Shown one piece after another: positions 1 through 10,600 of a stretch of 64,000 bases of DNA. The notes under the pieces are model-generated. The model was not told the origin of the DNA. It was given only the letters and a program-made list of their open reading frames with translations, and ran no database searches. The translations under genes were made by a program, and so were the position numbers. Origin of the DNA: Bacillota bacterium (GTDB lineage Bacteria > Bacillota_I > Bacilli_A > Izemoplasmatales > UBA1188); contig JAEYPN010000030.1 in assembly GCA_023410715.1 (NCBI GenBank), positions 48,806-112,805 of the forward strand, given 5' to 3'. The first letter of the stretch is position 1. Every line of letters starts with the position of its first letter.

Positions 1-65
1 TGTTTTAATATTTAAGAAAAAAATGAAGGCTTAATTAAAATAATATATAAAAAAGGGGTGACAAA

Positions 66-1010
66 ATGTTTTTAAATAGTAAATTAATTCTTTGGACCTT
101 TTTAGGTATTATTTTAGTTGTTCTTATTTTAATATTAGTAATAACAAATATTTTCTATGTTTCAACAATTTTAAAAAATGGAGTTAACAAACAAGTTCCT
201 CTAGATGCAGAATCATGGAAAAATCTTAAAAATAAAATAGATGAAAGAAAAGAATACTTTTTAAGTAAAAATCCAATTAATTTAGAACTTAATTTTGATG
301 GAACTATTAGAAGAGCGTATTTAAGAGAAAATAAAGAAAGCAATAAGTTAATTATTATAAGTCATGGTTACAGATCTCAAGGTTTAATAGATTATTCGCT
401 AATCGCACATTACTATTTAGACTTAGGATTTAACATTCTAGTAGTTGACCATGCCGCTCATGGGAGATCTGATGGAAAGATTATTGGCTTTGGAATTAAA
501 GACTATAAGCCCCTACTTGAATGGATAAAATTAATGGATGAAAGATATAATCATCAAATGAAAATATATCTACATGGTATTTCAATGGGGGCTAATACAG
601 TCCTACTTTGTGCAAATGGGGATTTACCTTTAAGTGTTAAAGGAATTATCGCCGATTGTGGATATACATCTGCATGGGAAGAATTTAAACATGTTACAAA
701 GGGCCAACTTCATTTACCTATTTTTCCATTTCTTTATACCTTAAGGATTGAGGCTTTACTTAGAGCAAAATATGATATTAAAAAAGGTAACACGATTGAT
801 ACTTTAAAAGAAGCTAAAGTTCCTGTTTTATTTATTCATGGTGATAATGATGACTTTGTCCCAATAAAAATGACATATGAAAACTATGAAGCTTGCATAT
901 CTAAGAAAGAATTATTAATTATAAAAGGGGCATCACATGCGATGAGTCATGAGGTTGATCCTGATTTATATGAGAAAAAGGTCTTAGAATTTATCAGGGA
1001 AAATGAATAA
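66..1010 (+). CDS. Membrane-anchored alpha/beta-fold serine hydrolase
   Basis: 314-aa ORF with an AAGGGGTG RBS. It has an N-terminal TM helix and a GxSxG nucleophile elbow (HGISMGAN). Later FIHGDNDDFVP and GASHAM motifs fit the acid/His positions of alpha/beta hydrolases. Confidence 0.7.
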   Translation: MFLNSKLILWTFLGIILVVLILILVITNIFYVSTILKNGVNKQVPLDAESWKNLKNKIDERKEYFLSKNPINLELNFDGTIRRAYLRENKESNKLIIISHGYRSQGLIDYSLIAHYYLDLGFNILVVDHAAHGRSDGKIIGFGIKDYKPLLEWIKLMDERYNHQMKIYLHGISMGANTVLLCANGDLPLSVKGIIADCGYTSAWEEFKHVTKGQLHLPIFPFLYTLRIEALLRAKYDIKKGNTIDTLKEAKVPVLFIHGDNDDFVPIKMTYENYEACISKKELLIIKGASHAMSHEVDPDLYEKKVLEFIRENE

Positions 1011-1320
1011 AAAGTAAAAATGAAAAATCTTGGGTTTATTCCAAGATATTACAAAATTAATATATTGTAATCTTAACATTTACATAGTTAAGTAATAGAC
1101 TTTAAACTATATCTTTTAATTAATATGACTTAGTTATCGGTAAATATTTAAATCTGTTTTAAAAGCTTTTTATTTCTTGTTTATAAAAAAGTTTTTTTAG
1201 GAAAAAATGCTAATTTTTTAGATATTTAACCTTATTGATAACAATTCTTAATTAAGTTATCTTTTTACCCTTAAAAACGCTTAAAAACTGCAAAAAAACA
1301 TAAAATTTTGCAAAAAACCA

Positions 1321-1349
1321 TTGAATCTTTTGCATTTTTAGTGTAAAAT
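1321..1349 (+). promoter_or_regulatory. Putative sigma-A-type promoter
   Basis: TTGAAT (1321-1326), 17 nt spacer, TAAAAT (1344-1349), about 30 nt upstream of the 1379 ORF. Identified by eye only. Confidence 0.35.
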
Positions 1350-1378
1350 GGTTTTAGTAATTTTATTGAGGTGAATTA

Positions 1379-1723
1379 ATGAAAAAAGGAATTATTTTAG
1401 TTTTAACAGTACTTTTAATGATAACAGTAGGTTTGAGTATTTATTCAATATATAACGTTTTCTATTTTAATTACAATGTTGCGTTAAATTTTGGAAGTCA
1501 TTGGTTTCCTGCATGGCTTTTAATTGCTATAGCCCTTTATTTTATTGCCATTTCAATTTTGATTGCTATTTCTTTAGGTAAAGTAATTAAAGATAAAGAA
1601 CCATTTGTATTAATTATTGTTACATGTGGTGTAGTAATCTTAGTTCCAGTAATGTTAATCTTATTATCATTAATACCTAATAGTATTAACTGGTTATCTT
1701 TTTTAAATAAAATAATGAAATAA
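1379..1723 (+). CDS. Small hydrophobic membrane protein, unknown function
   Basis: 114-aa ORF behind a GAGGTGA RBS with several hydrophobic helices. No family recognised. Confidence 0.5.
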   Translation: MKKGIILVLTVLLMITVGLSIYSIYNVFYFNYNVALNFGSHWFPAWLLIAIALYFIAISILIAISLGKVIKDKEPFVLIIVTCGVVILVPVMLILLSLIPNSINWLSFLNKIMK

Positions 1724-1746
1724 AGCTTGCTGATGCAAGCTTTTTT
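1723..1746 (+). terminator. Rho-independent terminator
   Basis: AAGCTTGC-tgat-GCAAGCTT hairpin followed by a T-run, directly after the stop codon at 1721-1723. Confidence 0.75.
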
Positions 1747-1760
1747 AAAAGGTGATATTA

Positions 1761-2069
1761 ATGGATAAAAGAACAAAAATATTTAAGATGTTTTTTCTTT
1801 TTTTAATCCTTTTTGTTGTTGGTGAAATTTTAAATTTTTTAGGCATCCTAATTGGAAATACCTTATCTAATAATTTATTTAATTTAATATTTTTTTATGT
1901 TATAAGAATAATTGGTTATATTCTCATGCTATGCGGAATATTTGCAATTATTTTTTTACTTGTAATTTTAATTATTGATATAATGAATAGAAAGGCTAAT
2001 TTAAAGAATATTCTAATTAAAGTTTTAATTATTTTAATTATAACGTGTTTATTAATTTTTACATTATAG
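1761..2069 (+). CDS. Small hydrophobic membrane protein, unknown function
   Basis: The ORF track starts at GTG 1752. I prefer ATG 1761 because it follows an AAAGGTGA RBS. The protein is very hydrophobic, with about 3 TM helices. Confidence 0.45.
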   Translation: MDKRTKIFKMFFLFLILFVVGEILNFLGILIGNTLSNNLFNLIFFYVIRIIGYILMLCGIFAIIFLLVILIIDIMNRKANLKNILIKVLIILIITCLLIFTL

Positions 2070-2076
2070 GTGAATT

Positions 2077-3918
2077 ATGAGAAAAACTTTTTTATTGTTA
2101 TTTGTTTTAATGTTATTTGGCTGTAATAATGTTAATAAAAATACGGTAAGTACTACTAATAATACGACTTTACCAACTTTTAGTACAAACATTACTTCTA
2201 CAAATAAATTAGATGATTATACAAGAAGACAAATTAATATTATATTAAAAAGTAGAATTCCTGATTTAGTTGAAAATGATTTAACATTATTAAATTTTAT
2301 TGAGGAATATAATGCAAGTGTATCTTGGTCATCTAGTAATGAACAAGTGATTAGTAAAATAGGAAAGGTAAAAAGATCATTTGTAGAAGAAGAAGTAACC
2401 ATTAAAGCTAAAGTTTTAATTGGCGATAAAGGATATGAAGTTTATTATAATGTGATTGTCAAACCATATGATATTGCGCCACAAAAAGTTGTCACAGATA
2501 ATATTAATCTAGTAAATAAAATTGATGAAATAGATGCAGCTATTAGCTGGGAATCAAGCGATGAAAATGTTATTAGCAAAAGTGGCGTCATTAGTCGTGG
2601 TTTTATTGATAGAGAAATAATATTAACTGCTACAATTAAAATTAATGATGAATTAATAAAGATTGCATATAATGTTACTGTCAAATCATATGATTTAACA
2701 CCAGATTCAATAATATATGGTGATTTAGAGTGTATGAAAGTTCTAGAACAAAATAAAGATATCATTAACTGGGAATCAAGTGATGAGAAATATATTAGTA
2801 AAAACGGGATAGTATTTAGGGATTATGATACACATGAAGTAACCTTGACTTTAACAATAACTGAGAAAGGTGTCACAAAAATTGAAAAATTTGTGGTGAA
2901 AGTTATGCCAAAGGAAAAAGAAATTAAAAAAGAGAATTTAATTGTTGGCTATTTATATGGTTCAATGAATATAACTGAAAAAATGATTGGGATGCTTGAT
3001 CAAATAAATTATTCGTTTGCGATGGTCGAAAACGGAAAAATAAAGATTAGTGAAGCAGATAAAATTGTAATCAAAAAGCTTGTGGAGTATAAAAAGACCA
3101 ATGATATTAAAATATGTCTAGCAATTGGTGGATGGGGCGCAGATGGTTTTTCTGATGCGGTATTAACAAGTGAATCAAGAACGATTTTTGTGGATTCAAT
3201 TATAAAAGCTGTAAAAGAACTTAATTTAAGTGGAATTGACATTGACTGGGAATATCCGGGTTCAAGTGCAGCAGGAATAAAATCTCGACCAGCTGATAAA
3301 ACTAACTTTACTTTATTTATTACGGAATTATATCAAAAACTAAAAGCGATAGATGAAAACTATATTTTGTCAATCGCCGTTGGTTCAACTTATCAAAATT
3401 CTTTAGAAACAAAGAAACTGAATAGTGTTATTGATTTCTTAAATATTATGACTTATGATGGCACTTGGGGTGTAACCTCACATCACACAAGTTTATACCC
3501 TTCAGCATTTCAAACACTTGGGGCTTCATCATGTGTTGATAATTGGCATAAAGCTGGTATTGATTTAAATAAAATCTTTATTGGTTCAGCATTCTATGGT
3601 CGTAAATATTCACCAAATACTACAAACAGTAATGGTATGGGATTAATTATTGATTCATATGCAGATAATTATGCCTCATATCAAACTATTAAAGATGTAT
3701 ATTTAAAAGAAGGATCAGGATACATTCGCTACTTTGATGAGATTGCTAAAGCACCATGGCTTTATAATGGTAAAACATTTGTAACTTATGACGATCCTGA
3801 ATCATTAAAATATAAATGTGAATATGTTAAAGAAAATGTTAGAGGTCTTATGTTTTGGAACTTAGCAGAAGATCCTTCACTTGAATTACTTACAACAATT
3901 TATGAAAATATGAAATAA
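2077..3918 (+). CDS. Lipoprotein GH18 chitinase / endo-beta-N-acetylglucosaminidase-like enzyme with three N-terminal Ig-like repeats
   Basis: Lipoprotein signal MRKTFLLLFVLMLFG-C (lipobox LFGC). The GH18 catalytic DxxDxDxE motif is present in LSGIDIDWEYPG, with downstream MTYD and MFWNLAED motifs. There are three N-terminal ~75-aa repeats. Confidence 0.85.
   Translation: MRKTFLLLFVLMLFGCNNVNKNTVSTTNNTTLPTFSTNITSTNKLDDYTRRQINIILKSRIPDLVENDLTLLNFIEEYNASVSWSSSNEQVISKIGKVKRSFVEEEVTIKAKVLIGDKGYEVYYNVIVKPYDIAPQKVVTDNINLVNKIDEIDAAISWESSDENVISKSGVISRGFIDREIILTATIKINDELIKIAYNVTVKSYDLTPDSIIYGDLECMKVLEQNKDIINWESSDEKYISKNGIVFRDYDTHEVTLTLTITEKGVTKIEKFVVKVMPKEKEIKKENLIVGYLYGSMNITEKMIGMLDQINYSFAMVENGKIKISEADKIVIKKLVEYKKTNDIKICLAIGGWGADGFSDAVLTSESRTIFVDSIIKAVKELNLSGIDIDWEYPGSSAAGIKSRPADKTNFTLFITELYQKLKAIDENYILSIAVGSTYQNSLETKKLNSVIDFLNIMTYDGTWGVTSHHTSLYPSAFQTLGASSCVDNWHKAGIDLNKIFIGSAFYGRKYSPNTTNSNGMGLIIDSYADNYASYQTIKDVYLKEGSGYIRYFDEIAKAPWLYNGKTFVTYDDPESLKYKCEYVKENVRGLMFWNLAEDPSLELLTTIYENMK
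2230..2900 (+). repeat. Three tandem ~75-aa coding repeats (Ig-like module candidate) in the GH18 lipoprotein
   Basis: The motif W(S/E)SS(N/D)E-x-(V/Y)ISK-x-G-x-(V/I)-x-R recurs three times: SWSSSNEQVISKIGKVKR, SWESSDENVISKSGVISR and NWESSDEKYISKNGIVFR. The period is about 220-230 nt. Boundaries are approximate. Confidence 0.6.
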
Positions 3919-3950
3919 AAAGACATTAAATTTTAATTAATGTCTTTTTT
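3917..3950. terminator. Bidirectional rho-independent terminator shared by the convergent GH18 and pepT genes
   Basis: AAAAGACATTAA ... TTAATGTCTTTT inverted repeat with A/T runs on both sides. It overlaps the last codons of pepT. Confidence 0.7.
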
Positions 3951-5147
3951 AACTAGTTCAACAATATTTTTAAGAATCTCTACTGTTTTATTCATTTGAT
4001 TAATAGATTGAAATTCATAAACCCCATGGAAGTTCGCACCACCAACACCAATATTAGGAGTAAGAACTCCTTCATATGTTAAGCGTGCACCATCTGTTCC
4101 CCCACGAATTGGTAGAGCAACTGGATTTAATCCCGCTTTCCTAATAGCTTCAAATGCAATATCAATAATTTCTGGACGTTTTAAAATATGTTCTTTCATA
4201 TTATAGTAACTGTCCTTAATTTCTAAACTTATAATTTCATAACCATATTTTTCATTTAAATAAAGGGCAATACGTTTAAAGTCTTCTTTTTGTTTATTAA
4301 ATAACTTTTTATCATGATTACGAATAATGTATTCAAGTTCAGCATATTCGCATTTACCAACAATTTCTGTTAAATGATTAAATCCTTCATATCCTTCAGT
4401 GAACGCAGGATTTAAAAATTCAGGAAGAAGTGAATGAAATTCCATCCCAACAAGTGATGCATTAATCATTTTACCTTTAGCACTACCTGGATGAATGCTT
4501 TTACCAGTAATTTTTACTTTCGCACTAGCAGCGTTAAAGTTTTCATATTCAAATTCATTAGAAAATCCACCATCAACAGTATAAGCAAAATCAACTTTAA
4601 AATTATCATAATTAAAGTGATCAACACCAGCACCAATTTCTTCATCTGGGGTAAAGCAAACATAAACATCACCATGTTTGACATCATTAGTTGTTAGATA
4701 TTCAAGTAGCGACATGATTTCTGCTATACCAGCTTTATTATCTGAACCTAGTAAAGTATTACCATCAGTTACAATTAAATCATCACCAATGACATAATTT
4801 AAAGCATCAAAGCTTTCAGGATTCATTTTTCTTTTGTCGTTTAAAATAATTTCTTCACCTTGATAATTTTTAATAATACGTGGGTTAACATTCTTTCCAC
4901 TTGCATCATGTGATGTATCCATATGAGCTAAAAATCCTATCTTATAAGCATTAGCTACATTTCCTTTTACCTTAGTATAAACATAACCATATTCATCTAA
5001 AGTTGCTTCTAAACCAAGTGTTTCTAATTCTTCAACTAGGTATTTAGCAAGTATTAATTCTTTAGGGTTTGATGGAGTAGTTTGACTATTTGGGTCACTT
5101 GTCGTTTCAAACTTAATATAATTTAAAAATCTTTCATATGCCTTCAT
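3933..5147 (-). CDS. pepT: Peptidase T (tripeptide aminopeptidase, M20B)
   Basis: The N-terminus MKAYERFLNYIKFETTSDPNS, the FLAHMDTS motif and the GSDNKAG, TPDEEIG and GGTDGA motifs are typical of PepT. The start was moved from 5168 to the ATG at 5147, which sits behind a GAGG RBS. Confidence 0.9.
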   Translation of the reverse strand: MKAYERFLNYIKFETTSDPNSQTTPSNPKELILAKYLVEELETLGLEATLDEYGYVYTKVKGNVANAYKIGFLAHMDTSHDASGKNVNPRIIKNYQGEEIILNDKRKMNPESFDALNYVIGDDLIVTDGNTLLGSDNKAGIAEIMSLLEYLTTNDVKHGDVYVCFTPDEEIGAGVDHFNYDNFKVDFAYTVDGGFSNEFEYENFNAASAKVKITGKSIHPGSAKGKMINASLVGMEFHSLLPEFLNPAFTEGYEGFNHLTEIVGKCEYAELEYIIRNHDKKLFNKQKEDFKRIALYLNEKYGYEIISLEIKDSYYNMKEHILKRPEIIDIAFEAIRKAGLNPVALPIRGGTDGARLTYEGVLTPNIGVGGANFHGVYEFQSINQMNKTVEILKNIVELVKKDIN

Positions 5148-5289
5148 TTTTATACGCCTCACAATCAATTAAAATTATATGCTAGTTAAAAAAAATATGC
5201 AACATAATTGCTTAAAAACATATAATTAGATATATTATTATTGTATAACATTTTTGTGGTTTTATATGTTAAAATTATCTAAAAAACTC

Positions 5290-5317
5290 TTTACATAAAA
5301 TATAATTATGATATAAT
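5290..5317 (+). promoter_or_regulatory. Sigma-A-type promoter of riboswitch operon 1
   Basis: TTTACA (5290-5295), 16 nt spacer, extended -10 TGaTATAAT (TATAAT 5312-5317). This places the TSS at about the 5' end of the aptamer. Confidence 0.6.
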
Positions 5318-5319
5318 AC

Positions 5320-5402
5320 TAATGTAATAAAAAGGCAAACTTACCGAAAGATAAGGACGCAAAGCTATAGGGCCTTTAAATAGGTAGCCAGTTACTATTA
5401 TC
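5320..5402 (+). promoter_or_regulatory. c-di-GMP-I (GEMM-I) riboswitch aptamer, copy 1
   Basis: The core GGCAAAC-(CTTACC GAAA GATAAG)-GACGCAAAGC-TATAGGGCC...AGGTAGCC matches the GEMM-I consensus seen in Vc2 (GGCAAACC...GAAA...GGACGCAAAGCC...GGCC...GGUAGGUAGC). P2 is capped by a GNRA (GAAA) loop. Flanking complementary segments at 5320-5327 and 5392-5400 can form P1. Confidence 0.85.
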
Positions 5403-5423
5403 TTTAGATAATAGTTTTTTTTA
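5394..5423 (+). terminator. Riboswitch expression-platform terminator, copy 1
   Basis: ACTATTATC-ttta-GATAATAGT hairpin followed by a T-run. Its 5' arm overlaps the 3' strand of the putative P1. Confidence 0.8.
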
Positions 5424-5500
5424 TTTCTGCGTTAAATTAATAACATAAAAATGAGAAAAACCCCCAATCTAAGTATCAAAACTAATTAGGAGGTGACTTT

Positions 5501-6955
5501 ATGAAAAATAAAAAACAGAAAACATTAAGATTAATCTTAATTTCTTTTGCTTTCATTTCATTAGTCACTTCTTTTTATTTTTTATCTTATACATATGCCT
5601 GGTTATCAGGTAGCGGTGAAGAAAGTAATAATTTTGTTTTTGATAAATTAAATGTGGAAGTTAAAGCAAATTCATTGCATGTAAGCATAATAAAGTTAAA
5701 TGATTTAGTTTATGTTGATTTTGATGATTATTATAAATTTGATGGCGAAAAACGCGTTGAGACTGAAACTTATTTAAATATTAATGAAATTGCGACTTCA
5801 GTAACCATTAATATTAAAAATATTAGTAACGTTACATCAAGAACTTATATTTCGCAGATTAAAACAGTTAGTGGAACAACCATAAGAAATGAAGGCGTAA
5901 ATGAATTAATTTATGTTTTTGCAAGTAAACAATACATCCGTTCATTTTATCAAGATGGTAGAGTCGATAATTCAATTTACGATTATACTGAAAATATCTG
6001 GTATATAGATCAACCTTTAAGAAACGGTATTTTAGGTGAAGAAGATAAAGTAAATGGTGAATGGGTTTTAGATCCTAATCAACCAGTTTATGACATCTTA
6101 ACTGATGAGTGGTATATTGATCAAGCAAAACCAGATGGCATTTTAGGTGAAGAAGATAAGATGGATGGTAGCTGGGTTTTAAGTGATATTCAAGGAGATA
6201 ATGTTATAAATTCAATCTTTGATGAAGAGACTGGATATTGGTACATTGACCAAGCCGTAAGAAATGGACGTTTAGGTGAAGAAGATAAAGTAAATGGTGA
6301 GTGGGTTTTAGATACAAATACTTTTCATATATATAATGAAGAAACTAATAAATGGTATTTGGACTTAGATACACCAGATGGCATTTTGGATGACATTGAT
6401 AAAATAGATGGAGTTTTTGTAAGAAATTATGACATTCATGTTGTATATGATGCTGCTCGTGATACATTTTATGATGATCAACCAGTTAGAAATGGTGTCT
6501 TAGATGATTATGATAAGGTGAATGGTGCATGGGTAAAAGCTTTAGAACAGGATGGCACTACTCCTTATTCAATAAACTTTAATGGTATCTGGTATATAGA
6601 TCAACCTTTATATAACTATACATTGGGAATTGAAGATAGAGTTCAGGTTAATGGTAATTACCGTAGTATTCTTGAAACAATTTTAGCAAGTAATTATAAA
6701 GGGGAAACTTTAAAAGAAAAAATTGCTGCATATAATACTCAGTATTTAAAAGAAATTTATGAACAGCAATTATTAAGTAAAAATCAAGAAATTTCGATTG
6801 AAGTCGCTATATGGGGAGATTATAATAATTTATCACCTATGCAAAAAGAATATTATTTGAGTTCTGATATAAGTTATAATTTATTGCTAGAAATTAAAGC
6901 GATTCAAAAAGAAAATATAAATCCTAATTATGAAACGGATGGTGACTTGAGATGA
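5501..6955 (+). CDS. Secreted repeat protein with a SipW/TasA-type signal peptide and six ~40-aa WY(I/L)DQ...LG(D/E)EDKVNG-W repeats
   Basis: AGGAGGTGA RBS. The N-terminus is basic then hydrophobic, ending in YTYAWLSGSGEESNNFVFDKLNVEV, which follows the TasA-like pattern. Six tandem repeats span aa 151-386. The stop overlaps the next start (ATGA). Confidence 0.6.
   Translation: MKNKKQKTLRLILISFAFISLVTSFYFLSYTYAWLSGSGEESNNFVFDKLNVEVKANSLHVSIIKLNDLVYVDFDDYYKFDGEKRVETETYLNINEIATSVTINIKNISNVTSRTYISQIKTVSGTTIRNEGVNELIYVFASKQYIRSFYQDGRVDNSIYDYTENIWYIDQPLRNGILGEEDKVNGEWVLDPNQPVYDILTDEWYIDQAKPDGILGEEDKMDGSWVLSDIQGDNVINSIFDEETGYWYIDQAVRNGRLGEEDKVNGEWVLDTNTFHIYNEETNKWYLDLDTPDGILDDIDKIDGVFVRNYDIHVVYDAARDTFYDDQPVRNGVLDDYDKVNGAWVKALEQDGTTPYSINFNGIWYIDQPLYNYTLGIEDRVQVNGNYRSILETILASNYKGETLKEKIAAYNTQYLKEIYEQQLLSKNQEISIEVAIWGDYNNLSPMQKEYYLSSDISYNLLLEIKAIQKENINPNYETDGDLR
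5951..6658 (+). repeat. Six tandem copies of an unassigned ~40-aa coding repeat
   Basis: The repeat consensus is roughly QDG-x-x-x-x-SIYD-x-x-T-x-x-WY(I/L)DQP-x-x-NG(I/V)LG(D/E)EDKVNG-x-WVL. Units are 37-43 aa. Confidence 0.85.
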
Positions 6956-7665
6956 CAAAAAAAATCTTAGTCGCGATTATATCGTTAGCATCCGTAGTGT
7001 TAATTGCTGGTTTTACTTTTGCTTGGTTTATAGTTGAAGCTAACAAAAAGGTTGAAATTAAACCAGGATCATTCACGATTGGCGTTAATATTTATCTAGA
7101 ATATGAAGAAAATGAACAAAACAAAACATTAACTTTAGAAAATATTAAAAGTAATTCAAGCTTAAAAGAATTATACTTTGATGAAAAAAGGGATGCCATC
7201 ATTCTTGATGGTAGTGATGAAACAAAAATAAATTATGTTGGCAACTTACGCGTTAAACTAAAAATAAAAAATGAAATTACTGCTCGTTATCGTGTAAAAA
7301 TTATAGATGAATGGCATGTTAGACGCGAATATAAACTTGATGGAAAAGTTAATGATACCGCTGTTGACCATGAGTTCTCTGAATATAGATTTACCCCATT
7401 TCACATTTTCGAAAGATCAGGAGAAAATTATACGTTTTCTTCAACTGATGGATATATTTATTCTAATAAAATTTTAAATAAGGGTGTTAATGTTAATGAA
7501 ATAGACTTTATTAGCGGCGCAGAAAAGTATCCTACTAAAAATAATTATTTATTTCGTGAAACATGTTATGTTTATTTAAAAGTTAAATTAGAAGTAGTTC
7601 AGTTAAACCGTTACACACAAATATGGAATATCGGAAGTATTCCTGTAAATGATTTAATTTTATAA
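6952..7665 (+). CDS. TasA/camelysin-like small secreted protein (SipW-type signal peptide)
   Basis: 237 aa. The N-terminus MTKKILVAIISLASVVLIAGFTFAWFIVEANKKVEIKPGSFTIGV resembles the B. subtilis TasA leader (...GGGTWAAFND...FASGTLDL). It is translationally coupled to the upstream gene. Confidence 0.55.
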   Translation: MTKKILVAIISLASVVLIAGFTFAWFIVEANKKVEIKPGSFTIGVNIYLEYEENEQNKTLTLENIKSNSSLKELYFDEKRDAIILDGSDETKINYVGNLRVKLKIKNEITARYRVKIIDEWHVRREYKLDGKVNDTAVDHEFSEYRFTPFHIFERSGENYTFSSTDGYIYSNKILNKGVNVNEIDFISGAEKYPTKNNYLFRETCYVYLKVKLEVVQLNRYTQIWNIGSIPVNDLIL

Positions 7666-7682
7666 CTAGGAGGTGAATTTCC

Positions 7683-10600
7683 ATGACCAGAAAAATAAAA
7701 AACGTTATTAAAAAAACGATGGTTTTAGTTTTATCTATTTTAACATCGTTTTTTATTACTTTACAAATTTCTGAAACAAGCAATGTTAAAAAAGTATATG
7801 GTGATGGATATTCAGGTGATTTATATAATCCAAGCTATGGTTCATCATTCATGAACATTGATCCAAGTGTCGCTAACCCATCTAACTATGTAAGTTTTAG
7901 CGAATTTATGGAAGTTACTTATGGGGAAACACAATTTGTTAATGGTAAGATTGTAATAACCAGTCCTGGTATTTTTACAGATGAAATCATCACAAATGAG
8001 GAACAAGTGGTACTTGATCAGTATTCACAAAAAAAAATTGTGATTGGTTCAGCAGATGAGTTATATTATTTTTCATATTTATGCCATATGCAATATAAGA
8101 ATAATAATAGTAATGGTAATATAAATATTCCACGTAATTATTATATGAGCTTATATTATGTGCTTGGCGATGATATTGATTACGTTGATGCCTCACGTTA
8201 TATGCGTTTATTTATCCCTGTTGGAGACTCTGTATCAAAGTTTACGGGAACATTTGATGGCCAAGGATTTACCATTACTAATTTATTTTTAAAACCAATA
8301 GAGTCATCAGATGTTTACGAAGAGTCATATGGAGGACTTGAATATTATTCATTTTTCTCTGAAACAAGTAGTAACGCAATAATAAAGGATTTTGGTTTAA
8401 TCAATCCAACAATTATTCAAACAATAGCTTTTAATCAGATGTTCTATACATCATATGTAGTCGGAAGAAATTATGGTTTAGTTGATCATGTTTATGTTAT
8501 TGATGATAGAGGCAACTCTTCAGGCATTTCTGCTGAAGGTGGCTTTTTCATTTCTGGGTTAGTTTCAAAAAATTATGGAACATTTACTAATGCATACTAT
8601 TCAAGCAGATTAATATCATCTACTTCAGTTACAGAAAAAACTGGTTCAAATCCGATTATTATTGATAACTTTGGTTCAATGTCTCATGTATATTTTGATA
8701 GAAGCATCTTGAATGAAGAATTTACTGTTTGTTCATCAAATAATGCATGTGATGTAACAAATGGGTATATTATTGATGCGACAGTAAGCAATTTTGATCC
8801 TTCAACAATTGTATATAATAATACGTTAATTGGTTTGTCAACTAGTCAGTTCCAAAATGAAACATATTTTAAATCAGATAACTGGTTTAATAATACATCA
8901 TATGGTACTAGTGCTCAAATGAGGTTACATGATACTTATCCAATACTAAAAGGATTTTATTATAATTCAACATATGATGCCTATGAAATAACAGATGCGA
9001 CAGACTTAGTATATATGATTAGTATCTTTTCTAAAGCTTCATATTATCGTAATCAAAAATACATTTTAGTCAATAATCTCGATATGGATCAAATTGGACC
9101 TAAAGCTTATAAGGGCGGCGAAACAGCATTTAGTGGTGTTTTAACATCATTACCGATTAAAATAAATGAAACACAATATATCACTAATCGTGGTCAAAAT
9201 TATAATTATCCATACTATGCGATTTTTAATTTAAAGATCAATGTTGGTTCTGCATTTGGTAATATTTATTCATACGGATTATTTGCATATTTATCAGGTA
9301 AAATTGAAAACATTGCGATTGTTAATGCTGAGATAAGTCCTTTAGATGCAAGCGCAAATGATTTTAACTATTCAATTGGTATCGTTGCAGGAAAATTACT
9401 TAATGGACGTATAAGTAATGTACATGTTTCGGGAAATATTACTTTAAAAACTAAAGCATCAACAAATGCTATTGGCAAGATTTCTGTTGGAGGTCTTGTT
9501 GGTCAAGGTTCAGGGATGATCATTAATTCATCAGCTAGCGGTATTATAAATGGAGAAGTCCATGAAGCTAATAACTACATGAACTCATCATCGATTGGTG
9601 GTTTAATTGGTTTATCTGATAATATTATAGTGACAGGATCACGTAGCGTTATTAATATTTCTGGTATATCATTTACAAGCGCGAATGCTATAACGCAAAA
9701 CATTACAACTTATGTTGGTGGACTTATTGGTACTGGTACAACAAGTGATTTTAACACTTCACATAATGATGGTTCAATTACTATTAATGAAAATGGTTTT
9801 TATAATGGTAATTTATATGTTGGTGGTATTATTGGTAAATTAACTCAAGCAAATGCCATAATTAGTGAAATTACTAATCGAGGTAAGATTACTGTAAACT
9901 TTACTAATTTTGGGACAAAAACATACCTGATGACCACAAGAATCAGTGGAGTAATGAGTGTTCAATCAGCATTACGTAATCCGGAGTTTTACGGGGTTGG
10001 TAATACTGGTAACATTGAAATAAAAAACAAAAATATATCATCAAGTGAATTTACAAACACTAACGCAAGCATTGATGTAAAGGTGGCTGGTGTTATTAAT
10101 GCAAATTCAACTCATATTATTTCTAAGGGGCTACATAACAGTGGCAACATTACTGGTGATCTTGCAATTATTAGTGGAGTTACTGGAGTAATAAGTGCAG
10201 AAAATAGCACATCAACAGTTTATACTGACTTATCTAAATCATACAATTCAGGTAATTTGACCTTAACAACATCTAATGTAATTACTCATCATGATATATT
10301 TGTTTCGGGAATTGCCTTTGGAAAATATATGGTTTTAGATAATTTACGAAATACAGGAAATATTAGTATCAAGATAAGCCATAGTTCAACACTTAGCTTA
10401 AATGCATCAGGAAGTTATAAGACATTTAAAGTGGTTGGTAATTTTGAAGAAGTTTCATTAAACAGAAATATTGCCAATTGTTATAATGAAGGTAAGATTA
10501 ATCTTATAACTGAAAATATAACTGATAATTCTTTTAAGTTTAACACTTATGTCAGTGGAATTTGTTATAAAAATGACAATAGAGCTATTTATTCTGATGC

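Noticed and set aside
1270-1345. Three TTTTGCA / TGCAAAAAA motifs upstream of the 1379 ORF as a possible operator.
   Set aside because: They are A/T-run-rich heptamers in an AT-rich intergenic region, with no clear dyad symmetry or regular spacing. I could not distinguish them from chance without genome-wide statistics.
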